Source: Desulfatiglandales bacterium
GTDB lineage: Bacteria > Desulfobacterota > DSM-4660 > Desulfatiglandales > Desulfatiglandaceae
NCBI GenBank assembly: GCA_963666345.1
Contig: OY762721.1
Location: forward strand, 2,752,001-2,816,000
DNA length: 64,000 bases
Reading direction: 5' to 3'
Shown here in pieces: positions 20,787 through 30,263 of this stretch. A program made the translations under genes and the position numbers. How positions within the stretch are numbered: position 1 is the first letter of the stretch; the number at the start of each line of letters is the position of its first letter. The notes under the pieces were generated by a model. That model was given only the letters and a program-made list of their open reading frames with translations. It did no database searches and was not told where the DNA came from.

Positions 20787-20874
20787 TGTCTATGAAAAAT
20801 ATACCAGAGTCGATCTGCTTCAGTAAAAAACAAATAAAATAAAGGATTTATCAAAGTGCACGCTGTAATATTTA

Positions 20875-20894
20875 AAATGTAAAATATTACATTT
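20875..20894. promoter_or_regulatory. candidate GntR operator
   Basis: Palindrome AAATGTAA-AATA-TTACATTT upstream of gntR, just downstream of a minus-strand TTGACA at 20931-20936. Confidence 0.5.
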
Positions 20895-20989
20895 ATCAAT
20901 AAACCTCATCTAAATAGAAGCAAAATTGTTTGTCAAGAAAAATGATGATTAAAAATTAACCGAAAGGATTAATCCTTGCGGCCTGTGCC

Positions 20990-22303
20990 TTATCTGGCAG
21001 GTGTGAAATAGGTCTTGAAATCAGCCGCCGATGATCCTGCGACCCAGCCGGTGGAAAAGGCCGCCTGCAGGTTGTACCCGCCGGTGTCTCCATCAATGTC
21101 CATGACTTCGCCTGCAAAATACAGCCCTTTTACGAGTCTTGATTCCATGCTGCGCGGGTCTATCCGGGTAAGATCCACTCCTCCTGCCGTAACTATTGCC
21201 TCATCAAACGAGCGGTGCCCGGTTATCCTGAATGAAAATCCCTTCAGCCACATACGAAGCCGTTCCCTTTCAGCGGATGTTATCTGGTGCGCCTGCTTGT
21301 TATGAGGAATCCGGGTGAGATCAATGCAGATCGGAATAAGTTTTGAGGGAAGCAGTTCCTTGAGCATGTTGCCGAACTGTTTTTTGCCGTTTTTGTCTAA
21401 GTCCCTGATGATCCGGTTGTCAAGCTTCCCATTGTCAAGGGCGGGTTTGAGATCTATTGAAATTACAGGCCTGCGGCCGGAATCAAGGCAATCGACAATA
21501 TGGCCGCTTAGGGTGAGAATAACAGGGCCGCTTACGCCCGTTTCTGTAAAATGCACCTCTCCAAAGGCCTCCCTGCTTTTTTTCCCGTCGATAGACAGGC
21601 TCACAAGGACGTTTCTCAGCTTCAGGCCGGTTGCCTGCGTTTTCCATGGGGCATTCGTTTCAAGCGGCACAAGGGCGGGCCTTACCGGTATCAGGCGGTG
21701 TCCCGCCGACAATGCCAGTGCGTACCCGTCGCCTGTAGAGCCTGTCAGGGGATATGATGAGCCTCCTGCGGCAATCACTACCGCATCGGCCTTAAGCCTT
21801 CGCTCTTTAAGGACGCTGTCCGCCAGTGCCCTTTGCCCTCCTGATTGATAATGCCTCGCAAACAGGCCGGTGATCTTTGCGCCGTCAAGATCAAGTCTTG
21901 TGACTGCGGTTTTTGTCCGTATTTCCGCCCCGCCTGAACGGGCCCAGGCAATCATGGCCTTGAGGATGTCCTGTGCCTTTCCGCTTTGAGGAAATACCCT
22001 GCCCCCCCTCTCTGTTATCGACTGGACCCCCAATTCCTCAAAAAAGGATATGAGCTCATCACTGAAAAACCTTGAAAAGGCCTGGCGGAGAAAACGGCCG
22101 TTTCGTCCGAAATGGGTGATGAAATGCTCTAACGGGACAATATTGGTAAGGTTGCACCTTCCCTTTCCCGTTATACCCAGTTTAAGGCCGGGCCGGGCCA
22201 TTTTTTCAAGGACCGTAACGTCCGCCCCCAGGCGGGCGGCCCGCCCCGCCGCCATGAGGCCTGACGCGCCCCCGCCGATTACTATGACTTTCCTGTTTTT
22301 CAT
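20990..22303 (-). CDS. HI0933/YhiN/BaiN-family flavoprotein
   Basis: GGGASG, TGKGRCNLTN, GSTGDG, TAGGV, GDTGGYNLQAAFSTG. Confidence 0.92.
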   Translation of the reverse strand: MKNRKVIVIGGGASGLMAAGRAARLGADVTVLEKMARPGLKLGITGKGRCNLTNIVPLEHFITHFGRNGRFLRQAFSRFFSDELISFFEELGVQSITERGGRVFPQSGKAQDILKAMIAWARSGGAEIRTKTAVTRLDLDGAKITGLFARHYQSGGQRALADSVLKERRLKADAVVIAAGGSSYPLTGSTGDGYALALSAGHRLIPVRPALVPLETNAPWKTQATGLKLRNVLVSLSIDGKKSREAFGEVHFTETGVSGPVILTLSGHIVDCLDSGRRPVISIDLKPALDNGKLDNRIIRDLDKNGKKQFGNMLKELLPSKLIPICIDLTRIPHNKQAHQITSAERERLRMWLKGFSFRITGHRSFDEAIVTAGGVDLTRIDPRSMESRLVKGLYFAGEVMDIDGDTGGYNLQAAFSTGWVAGSSAADFKTYFTPAR

Positions 22304-22425
22304 GAGAAATCAATACCTCGATTTCATCTCCGAGCGGTTTGGAGATGATGATTCAGGGACCCGGGGGCCATGGTTTATATGGATTGATCCATTTAAAGAT
22401 AACTTCTTTTTATAACCTGACAATA

Positions 22426-22463
22426 GAAAGGCCCTCTAAGGGTATAACCTTAAAGGGCCTTTC
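22426..22463. terminator. stem-loop, probable terminator of the sulfatase-like transcript
   Basis: GAAAGGCCCT..TAAGG..CCTTA..AGGGCCTTTC inverted repeat. Confidence 0.55.
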
Positions 22464-22521
22464 ACTCAAGGAGTGTGGCTGATTTTCAGAAGAAATCAGC
22501 TGAAAAACCGATAGAATTCTA

Positions 22522-23823
22522 TCAGTGAAGGTTTGCTACGAATTTTCGCAGTTCAAGTTCCATCTCGGTGGCCTTGACATGCTCTTCCTCAATAAGGTTG
22601 TCCTTTTCTCCGGGATCCTTTTTGAGGTTGTAGAGCTCGTTTCCCTTGCCTTTGTCCAGGTTCAGGATGAAGCTCCAGGTATCGTCGTTGATCCTCCAGG
22701 CGCGTTTGAAATAGCCCATGTAGGCATAATCCCTTATGGTATCAACTTCTCCCGCCATCATCGGAAGCAGGCTCTGACCATGAATCCTGGGAGGCATGCG
22801 CACGTTAAGGAAATCAAGGATGGTGGGAAAGACCTCCGTGGTTTCTACCATGGCATCGAAGCGTTTTCCCGCGCCTACGCCTTCAGGATGTCTTATGATG
22901 AGGGGTATGTGAACGAGTTCTTCATAAAGGAAGGGCTCTGCCTTCTTGATTATTCCATGCTCCGAGAAAGGCTCGCCATGGTCGGTTGTATAGATGATCA
23001 TGGTGTCGTCGTACATGCCCATTTCCTTGACCTTGTCAAGCAGATGTCCCACCCATGTATCGCACAGGGTGACCTTGCCGGCATAGAGCTTTGCTATATG
23101 ATTCACTTCTTCGTCGCTCAGATAACCGTCCGTCTTGCCGGGAATCGGATGGATGATGTCCTTGCCCTTATAGTCGGGATCAGTGTACATGCGGTTGTAA
23201 GGCTCCGGCGGATCCCACGGCTCATGCGGATCAAAGCAGTCAACCCACATGAAGAGATTTTCTTTTACAGGTTGATTTTCAAGCCAGTTAATGCCGTCTT
23301 TTACGCACCTTGCCACAAAGGTGTCCTCTTCGCTCTTCCACCAGTGGATATTGCGAAGATACTGGGTCAGCTGGGCCTTGACCGCCCTGTCCTTGCCGTC
23401 CCCTTTGTAGTACTTCTCAACCTCGGCATCCACATCGATTGATTCATCGATGATCCAGGGATCACCTTCATGCCCCCTTATGAAATTGACATAATCAAAA
23501 CCCCTTTCAAAGGCCATTGAAGGCTTGTGAAGGTGGTAGGTGTCGGTTATAAGAGCTGATTTGTATCCCTTGTTCCAGAGGACCTCGGCCAGGACCACGT
23601 CCTTCGGCTCAAGCCTCTGCCAACCCCTGAATGGAAATGTGTATCGGCCTGTAAAAAAGGTCGTTCTGGTAGGGACGGTAGGCAGTCCCTCTGAGTAAAA
23701 GTTGTCGAAAACCGCGCTTTCGGACGCGAGTTTGTCGATATTGGGTGTCTTTATCCAATCGTTTCCGTAACAGCCCAGGTGGTCCCAGCGCAGGCTGTCA
23801 TTTACTATGACGATAACATTCAT
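22522..23823 (-). CDS. sulfatase-like hydrolase (alkaline phosphatase superfamily) with Thr at the nucleophile position
   Basis: DSLRWD, TPNID, PTVPTR...TGRY, DPHEPW, TTDHG, ELYNLKKDPGE. Confidence 0.85.
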   Translation of the reverse strand: MNVIVIVNDSLRWDHLGCYGNDWIKTPNIDKLASESAVFDNFYSEGLPTVPTRTTFFTGRYTFPFRGWQRLEPKDVVLAEVLWNKGYKSALITDTYHLHKPSMAFERGFDYVNFIRGHEGDPWIIDESIDVDAEVEKYYKGDGKDRAVKAQLTQYLRNIHWWKSEEDTFVARCVKDGINWLENQPVKENLFMWVDCFDPHEPWDPPEPYNRMYTDPDYKGKDIIHPIPGKTDGYLSDEEVNHIAKLYAGKVTLCDTWVGHLLDKVKEMGMYDDTMIIYTTDHGEPFSEHGIIKKAEPFLYEELVHIPLIIRHPEGVGAGKRFDAMVETTEVFPTILDFLNVRMPPRIHGQSLLPMMAGEVDTIRDYAYMGYFKRAWRINDDTWSFILNLDKGKGNELYNLKKDPGEKDNLIEEEHVKATEMELELRKFVANLH

Positions 23824-23856
23824 ATCTTGGTTCCTCCAAATATTGGGTGGTGCCGA

Positions 23857-24270
23857 TTACCGGTTTATTATGGGAAGGTTTTCCAGGATGCTGGGGGCCA
23901 TTTCCATCATCTGGCTCATGAGCTTCTGGTTCATTTCCTTGTCAAAACCCTCTCCCGGTGTCTCAACGCCGTTAAATATAGCGTATAATTTGCTTGCTTC
24001 AGGCTCATTAAAGGCCAGTTCGAAGGCAACCCCGGTGTCTTCCCAGTGGATGGTCTCCTCTTCAATCTCGGGTGGTTCCTCTTCCACCGATGTGCCTATA
24101 ATGTAAGTCATCTGGGATTTAAGATCTTCCAGAAAATCCTCCTCGCAGAAGCCTACCCCTGTCTGGGCATAGTGAAAAACCCTGTAGATATCGGCCAGTT
24201 CATCGGTCTCGAACTCGATTACAAATTCCCGCAGCGAAATACCGCAGGCCGCAGCTTCTCTTACTTCCAT
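23857..24270 (-). CDS. acidic hypothetical protein with an internal two-fold repeat
   Basis: GGAGG RBS; EFVIEFETDELADIYRVF resembles AFELAFNEPEASKLYAIF. Confidence 0.7.
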   Translation of the reverse strand: MEVREAAACGISLREFVIEFETDELADIYRVFHYAQTGVGFCEEDFLEDLKSQMTYIIGTSVEEEPPEIEEETIHWEDTGVAFELAFNEPEASKLYAIFNGVETPGEGFDKEMNQKLMSQMMEMAPSILENLPIINR

Positions 24271-24581
24271 GATTGATACCTCCCTTTACTTCATTTCATT
24301 ATCATCAGGTTTTATCCATCCTAATATGTGAATTCTTTGAACCCGCACCGGCTTTTTCATTCCGGCAAAAAAATCCAGGCATTTAACCGGCCGGGATGAA
24401 TCTTTGTCTCATGCTCCAGGAAACGGGTACTCCCTTTTTATACCAAGTTACCAGATCTTTAATCCTCGTACCATAAATTATAGAGGGGATGCTTATTAGT
24501 CAAATCGATTTTATCTGTAAATAAATTGATATTATCGATGGCATGGCTCAGGGATTCCCTGAAAGGGGGAAGGGGTTCCAT

Positions 24582-25697
24582 TCAAGACCCGAAGTCGGCT
24601 ATTTTTCGGGCGTCTTCCGCATCCAGACGGACGTCCGTAAGCCCTGACCTTCCGTCTCCGTGGTAATCGGTGCCTCCCGAAATCAGAAGCCCTTTTCCGG
24701 CTGCGGTCTTCCCGTACCTTTCTATGGCTTCCCGCCTGTAGCCGGTATCATAGGGGTAAAAGACCTCTATCCCGTCAAGCCCCTGTTCTATGAGGGGCCA
24801 TAGTACGTTGGCGTCAAACTCGTCATAGGCGATTTTATTGTGATCTACCGCCGGGTGCGCGATAAAGGTGACGGCCCCGGCCTGCTTGAGCAGTTCAAGG
24901 CCCTCAAATATATCTTTTTCCTCAAGGGGTGGCCTCGGGAAATTATAGAGGCAGCCCTGCAGCCTGTCTGAAAGCTCACGGGCGGCAGGGGCGTGCATCC
25001 CCTCTTCAAGGAATATCTCAAGCAGCCTGGCATTCCTTTTTTTGTCGGGTCTCAGGATATAAAGGCTGATCTTTTCCCCTGCAAAGGGTGATGAAGGAAC
25101 TATCCGGTCCCAGTTTTCAATAATTATCTGATAGGTTACAGGTATGGGGTGCTGAATAACGTCGTCCTGTTTTCCGGCTGCGGCGAATTTTTTAAGATTG
25201 AGCCCAGCGGCCTGCTTCTTCAGGATTGAGATAACCTCTCCAGGAGAGCTCATCCTTTCAGAGATTCCGTCAAGGTTAAGCTCAAAGGCCTTTTGTATCC
25301 TTGCCTCCATATCAGGCATCACCCTGTGAGAACATCTGTATCTGCAGAATTCACCCAGGACGGAGTCCGCCCTTTCAAGCCCCTGTCTGTAATTCGAATG
25401 ATTTATGCGGGGAAAGTAACCGAGCATGTGAATCGTGAGGCCGAGATCGAACTGCTTGAGGCTGAGTTCAATGCCAGGAATAAATCGCCTGCGGCCCGCC
25501 CCCCCGCGTGATTCGAGCCTCTCTTTTTCCCTGAAAAAAGGCTCTATGCCTGAAAGTGAATCATGATCGGTAAGGGAAAACAGATCGAGATTTTCGGTGC
25601 CGTAGATCCTGCGGGCAAGCTCGGCAGGACTTATGAGCCCGTCTGAAAAAAATGTATGGGTGTGAAGGTTTGCAAAGGTCATTTTTGTATTGTCCAT
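24582..25697 (-). CDS. PHP-domain phosphoesterase
   Basis: LHTHTFFSDG, TDHD, GIELS, IAHP, GIEVFY, GGTDYHG. Confidence 0.88.
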   Translation of the reverse strand: MDNTKMTFANLHTHTFFSDGLISPAELARRIYGTENLDLFSLTDHDSLSGIEPFFREKERLESRGGAGRRRFIPGIELSLKQFDLGLTIHMLGYFPRINHSNYRQGLERADSVLGEFCRYRCSHRVMPDMEARIQKAFELNLDGISERMSSPGEVISILKKQAAGLNLKKFAAAGKQDDVIQHPIPVTYQIIIENWDRIVPSSPFAGEKISLYILRPDKKRNARLLEIFLEEGMHAPAARELSDRLQGCLYNFPRPPLEEKDIFEGLELLKQAGAVTFIAHPAVDHNKIAYDEFDANVLWPLIEQGLDGIEVFYPYDTGYRREAIERYGKTAAGKGLLISGGTDYHGDGRSGLTDVRLDAEDARKIADFGS

Positions 25698-25952
25698 AGG
25701 TTATAATAAAAAATAGTTTTTCTCCAATTTATTTGGATAACAGGGTCCAGTCATTCGAGGGCCTGATCTAACATTTTGATTTTTCACGAATGCACAAAAA
25801 TGATGAATTAATAGGCCTAATCGGAACTGAGGTCAAATGTATTCTGGTGGTTCCCTTTTTGGTTTAGGGTCCGGAGCCTTTAAAACGGACAGCTATTGAT
25901 ATAATTTATGTTATGAGCTATTCTATTATTAATTTTGATGGGAGGTGTAATT

Positions 25953-26858
25953 ATGATCGATGAAATGGGAGGAGATTTCTTCCAATGGCTCAGGGGGTTT
26001 TTCTATGTGGCCAAGAGGGGCAGCGTAACGCTTGCCGCAATGGAAATGGGGCGAAATCAGCCTACGGTCAGTCATCAGGTAAAGTGTCTTGAAAATGAAT
26101 TCGGTATCAAGCTTTTTGACAGGTCGGGGGGGCGGATGGAGCTTACTCCCGAGGGTCGACTTATGCTGGAAAAGGCCATTTCCATCTTTGAAATCATAAA
26201 GGAGATGAGGGATCAGACCGGAGGGGATTTGCTCCAGAGAAGCGGTGATGTGTCCATCTGCACTACCCATGCCGTAATACACTATTTTCTTCCATCTTAT
26301 GTGGTAAATTTCAGGAAGCAGTACCGGGATGTCCATTTTGAGCTCCGGGGAGGCGGGGTCGATATGATAATGCAGAAGGTGGAATCGGCTGAAGCGGATT
26401 TCGGGATAGCTAGCCTCAATTCCTTGCCTGATAATTTTGCCTATTATGAACTTTTTGAGACCCGTCCGGTGTTGATAGCACCAAAGGGCTCAAGATTTTT
26501 CAAAAAAGCTGTTCCATCCCTGGAGGAGATCTCAAAGGCTCCCTTTATAATCTTCCCTGAATCAAGCACCATTACCCCGCTTATAAAAGAGACCTTTAAA
26601 TCCAACAATCTGGAAATGAACATACTCTTTATGCTTAACAATTATGAGACGGTTAAGGAATTCGTGGCCCTGGGCACCGGTATTTCGATTCTGGATGAAT
26701 ACGCCCTGAACGGAAAGGATGATGAGAAAATGGATATCTATCCCCTGGATTCGTTCTTTAAACCTAGAAAATACGGTCTGCTCATGCGAAAGAAAAAATA
26801 TCTGTCCCCCTGCGTTAAGGCGTTTTTACGCTTTTTGAGGCCTGAGGTAGTACTCTAG
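25953..26858 (+). CDS. LysR-family transcriptional regulator
   Basis: GSVTLAA..MGRNQPTVSHQVKCLE..G..LFDR HTH; GGAGG RBS. Confidence 0.92.
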   Translation: MIDEMGGDFFQWLRGFFYVAKRGSVTLAAMEMGRNQPTVSHQVKCLENEFGIKLFDRSGGRMELTPEGRLMLEKAISIFEIIKEMRDQTGGDLLQRSGDVSICTTHAVIHYFLPSYVVNFRKQYRDVHFELRGGGVDMIMQKVESAEADFGIASLNSLPDNFAYYELFETRPVLIAPKGSRFFKKAVPSLEEISKAPFIIFPESSTITPLIKETFKSNNLEMNILFMLNNYETVKEFVALGTGISILDEYALNGKDDEKMDIYPLDSFFKPRKYGLLMRKKKYLSPCVKAFLRFLRPEVVL

Positions 26859-26884
26859 GGAGAGAGGCGGGATGACGGGCTGTT

Positions 26885-26907
26885 TGCTATTGAATATATC
26901 GATAGCA
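26885..26907. promoter_or_regulatory. candidate LysR-type operator
   Basis: TGCTATTGA-ATATA-TCGATAGCA dyad; GCTATTGA also occurs upstream of lysR near 25892. Confidence 0.4.
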
Positions 26908-27084
26908 TAGAGAATAGAATTAATTTGAATAATAGCTTTCCTTTTCTTAATGTCAAGACAGTGGAAAAAACAGGGCTGGTACATAAGTTCCAGGTTTAAG
27001 GATAGGAAAACAGCGTGAATGCCTTTTAACAAGCGTATGGAGTAACACGCTTTGCCCGGGGCATTTGAAAAAAGGAGAATAAGG

Positions 27085-28395
27085 ATGGATGATTTTACAC
27101 CTCATGAGCTGGCACTCATGGAAAAAATGACTCCTCAGCACAAGGCATTGATGCCGAAGCTTACGGCGAGTGAAAGACGCTCCATGGCAAATAACGTGAA
27201 AGTGGAGAACATCGACCTGATTCAGTCATGGATCGGTACCGATGAGGAGATCGAAGGGATGCTTTTCTGGGACAAGGGCGGAAAATATGACGACCCTGAG
27301 TGGCAGTCCCTCAAACCGTTTGACGATGCCACCTCTTCATTATGGGAAAAGGCCAAATCGCATTACGCGGATTTGAGAAAAGAGGCGATTGAAAGCCAGA
27401 GGCGTTCCGACATTACCCTTTACAGTCAGTTCAACACAGGACTTCTTTTTACCGGACTCGCAGGAGCCGTGAGATGTGACTGCGACGGCAATGCCGACGA
27501 GAAAGGAGAATTCTTCAGGGGGATTGAATGGAGGGCCATAGGCAGCATAGAGGAATATATAAACAGCATAACCATATATCCGCTTGATTCAGGCGAATTC
27601 GAGGTGCATTTCGGCGGTAGAATCGAAGGCAGCCCTGACGGTATATGGACTTACACGGGAGACTATCACAGCCTTCTGCAGCTGGCCCAGTTGGCGGCAA
27701 AGACCATGCCTAAGCACGGCTTTGAAACGGCGGTGCGCGACGGAAAGGGAAACCTGAATGAACTGGATCCCAAGGTCGTGAGAAAGGCTATGATGGGGAG
27801 CGGGGAAAAACTGGTATTTGACAGGGAGATGAAGTTTTACGCCTCCTTGAAGGCCGCAGATATCGCCTCGGCACTTGAGGCCGCGGACATCCTTTCGCGC
27901 CGTTTCTACGAGAGATACGGCCTTGAGACCGAGGCCTATAAGATCGGCAAGAAGTATGGAAACTTTTTTCTCATGAGGGAAGGAAATTTTGACAAATTCA
28001 TGCCTACCACGCCTGTTGAACAGGATGGCCTTGTCCTTCTTACCGCGACCCTGGTATGCAGAAGGTGCAGGAGGGAATTGAACGAATTCAGGGACCTGGC
28101 CAAATATTACCCCCATGTAAATGCCGCCCTGGTGAACCTGAGCTCGCCCCAGTTTAAATTCTATGAAAGGGTCTTCGGCGATATGGGAGGGGGCGACCCG
28201 GACAATTTCAGAAAGACCGCCGCAGGAGTTACCCCGTTTATAATAATCTATGCGCCGGATGAAAACCGGGTCCTGAAACTTGCCGAATATATCGCAACGG
28301 GAAAGGCTGAGAAGACTCCTTCAGTAATTGAGTCTAGCCCGACCCTGGAAAAATATTTCGGTAACGGGGAGTTACAGAAGGCTCAACAGGCATAG
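27085..28395 (+). CDS. hypothetical protein with C-terminal thioredoxin-like CxxC domain
   Basis: AAGGAG RBS; LVLLTATLVCRRCRRE helix and GVTPFIIIY (cis-Pro-like); followed by a terminator. Confidence 0.7.
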   Translation: MDDFTPHELALMEKMTPQHKALMPKLTASERRSMANNVKVENIDLIQSWIGTDEEIEGMLFWDKGGKYDDPEWQSLKPFDDATSSLWEKAKSHYADLRKEAIESQRRSDITLYSQFNTGLLFTGLAGAVRCDCDGNADEKGEFFRGIEWRAIGSIEEYINSITIYPLDSGEFEVHFGGRIEGSPDGIWTYTGDYHSLLQLAQLAAKTMPKHGFETAVRDGKGNLNELDPKVVRKAMMGSGEKLVFDREMKFYASLKAADIASALEAADILSRRFYERYGLETEAYKIGKKYGNFFLMREGNFDKFMPTTPVEQDGLVLLTATLVCRRCRRELNEFRDLAKYYPHVNAALVNLSSPQFKFYERVFGDMGGGDPDNFRKTAAGVTPFIIIYAPDENRVLKLAEYIATGKAEKTPSVIESSPTLEKYFGNGELQKAQQA

Positions 28396-28431
28396 TCCCT
28401 AAGGACTGGAATTATTTTTGTTACAGATGAT

Positions 28432-28472
28432 AAAGGGGCGGGGGAGCCGTCATTCTCCCCTGCCCTTTTTTT
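28432..28472 (+). terminator. Rho-independent terminator
   Basis: GGGCGGGGGAG/CTCCCCTGCCC hairpin followed by a T7 tract. Confidence 0.75.
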
Positions 28473-28869
28473 GCCTCCGCCTCAATACCCTCAGGCCTGC
28501 TGCTGAGAAAGGTAGGGTCCCGCCCCATATTTTGAATTGACAAACCCCTTTTTGTTTGACCAATATACCGCGAGAAAAGCTGTTTTTTTACGTGATTTCC
28601 TTTGTCGTTTCCAAACAAGGTTTATTTCCCGTTTAGTTGAAATTATTCAGGCAGAATAGGCGGCGGGCCCTCCGCAACTTATATGTGATCCCGGAGGGTT
28701 TAAGGGGCCGGGCGAAGTGCAGGGGAATTAAAGGGGGGTTAGAGCCCCGGCGTAAGTAAAAGAGATCCTGTTTACCTATCCCCGGGATTGTTTTTACCAT
28801 GCCGTACGGATCTGGACGAATCACTGACGGAAATAGACACAAACCAATCGGAGTTTCAGGCTGAGCCTT

Positions 28870-30165
28870 ATGAAAATGGAGAAAAGCCCCTATCATGAGG
28901 GCGTTCAATATCTCTTCGGTCTTCAGAAATATGGTATCAAGTTCGGACTTTCAAAGACATCCAACATGATGTCCTTTTTCGGAAATCCCCATCACGGGCG
29001 TAAATATCTGCATATAGGAGGCACTAACGGCAAGGGTTCGGTTGCCGCCTTTGTGGCCTCAGTGCTCCAGTCATCGGGTCTCAAGGTAGGCCTTTACACC
29101 TCTCCCCACCTGGTTCGTTTTACCGAAAGATTCAGAATAAACGGGAAGGAAATCCCCCGGCAAAAGGCCTTATCCCTTATACGGGAACTCAAGTCCGCCT
29201 TTTCCAGAAAAGAGCTTCCCACGTTCTTTGAGGCAACTACCGCCATGGCGCTGCTCTATTTTGCCAGGGAAGATACGGATGTGGCGATCATGGAGGTCGG
29301 AATGGGGGGGCGCCTTGACGCCACAAACATAATAAGCCCACTTGTCTCCGTTATTACGAATATCTCAATGGAACATCAAAATTTTCTCGGTTCATGTCTC
29401 CTTGATATAGCAGGGGAAAAAGGCGGGATCATCAAGGAGGGGGTGGATCTGGTTTCAGGGGTGACGCAGCCTGCGGTAAAGACGCTTTTCAGATCGATTT
29501 GCGATAAAAAGGGGTCCTCCTTTTTCAGGCTGGGGAGAGATTTCACTTACCGCAATACAGGATCAGGTCTTAACTATTACGGTATTGAGCGCAGGTTGAA
29601 GGGTCTAGATATAGGGCTTCTCGGCGGATTTCAGTCCAAAAACGCGGCAATAGCCCTGGCCGCTGTTGAAAGAGTTGAAAAAAAGGGGTTTTCCTTTTCA
29701 GACAGCCGGATAAGGGATGGTCTGTCAAAGACGAGATGGCCGGGCAGGATGCAGTTGATTTCGGAAAATCCGATGATCGTCCTTGACGGTGCTCACAACC
29801 CGGGCGCTATAAGGGAGCTTGCCCGGTCCTTGAGGACATCCCTTTCCTTTAGAAAAATGATACTGGTGATCGGCGTAATGGAGGACAAGGATATCAAAAG
29901 AATGCTGGGCAGCATAGTACCTCTTGCCGACCACGTCATATACACGAGGCCCGTTTATTCAAGGGCCGCCGAGCCGGACATCCTGGCCCGAAAGGGCTCA
30001 CACCTCGGGGTGCCGGGCGAGGTTGTTCCTTATTTGAAGGAGGCCGTCCAAAGGGCAAAAGGGCTTGCCCGGTCATCGGATCTGATACTGATCTGCGGGT
30101 CTCTTTTTACCGTGGGAGAGGCTATGAGTCATCTTGATCCCCATGGTTACGGGAAGGTCGAATAA
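28870..30165 (+). CDS. folC: folylpolyglutamate synthase/dihydrofolate synthase
   Basis: GGTNGKGS, YTSPHL, EVGMGGRLDATN, WPGRMQ, DGAHN. Confidence 0.95.
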   Translation: MKMEKSPYHEGVQYLFGLQKYGIKFGLSKTSNMMSFFGNPHHGRKYLHIGGTNGKGSVAAFVASVLQSSGLKVGLYTSPHLVRFTERFRINGKEIPRQKALSLIRELKSAFSRKELPTFFEATTAMALLYFAREDTDVAIMEVGMGGRLDATNIISPLVSVITNISMEHQNFLGSCLLDIAGEKGGIIKEGVDLVSGVTQPAVKTLFRSICDKKGSSFFRLGRDFTYRNTGSGLNYYGIERRLKGLDIGLLGGFQSKNAAIALAAVERVEKKGFSFSDSRIRDGLSKTRWPGRMQLISENPMIVLDGAHNPGAIRELARSLRTSLSFRKMILVIGVMEDKDIKRMLGSIVPLADHVIYTRPVYSRAAEPDILARKGSHLGVPGEVVPYLKEAVQRAKGLARSSDLILICGSLFTVGEAMSHLDPHGYGKVE

Positions 30166-30263
30166 ATTTCGGTACGCCGCACAACCGATCCCCTGGATTG
30201 ACTCAGATATCGGCAAAAGGGCCACGGGCGGAAACCGGTTGGAACCTGATTCGGGAGATATTT

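Noticed and set aside
28630..28869. Possible ncRNA or riboswitch upstream of folC
   Set aside because: GC-rich with short hairpins, but no consensus I could recognise
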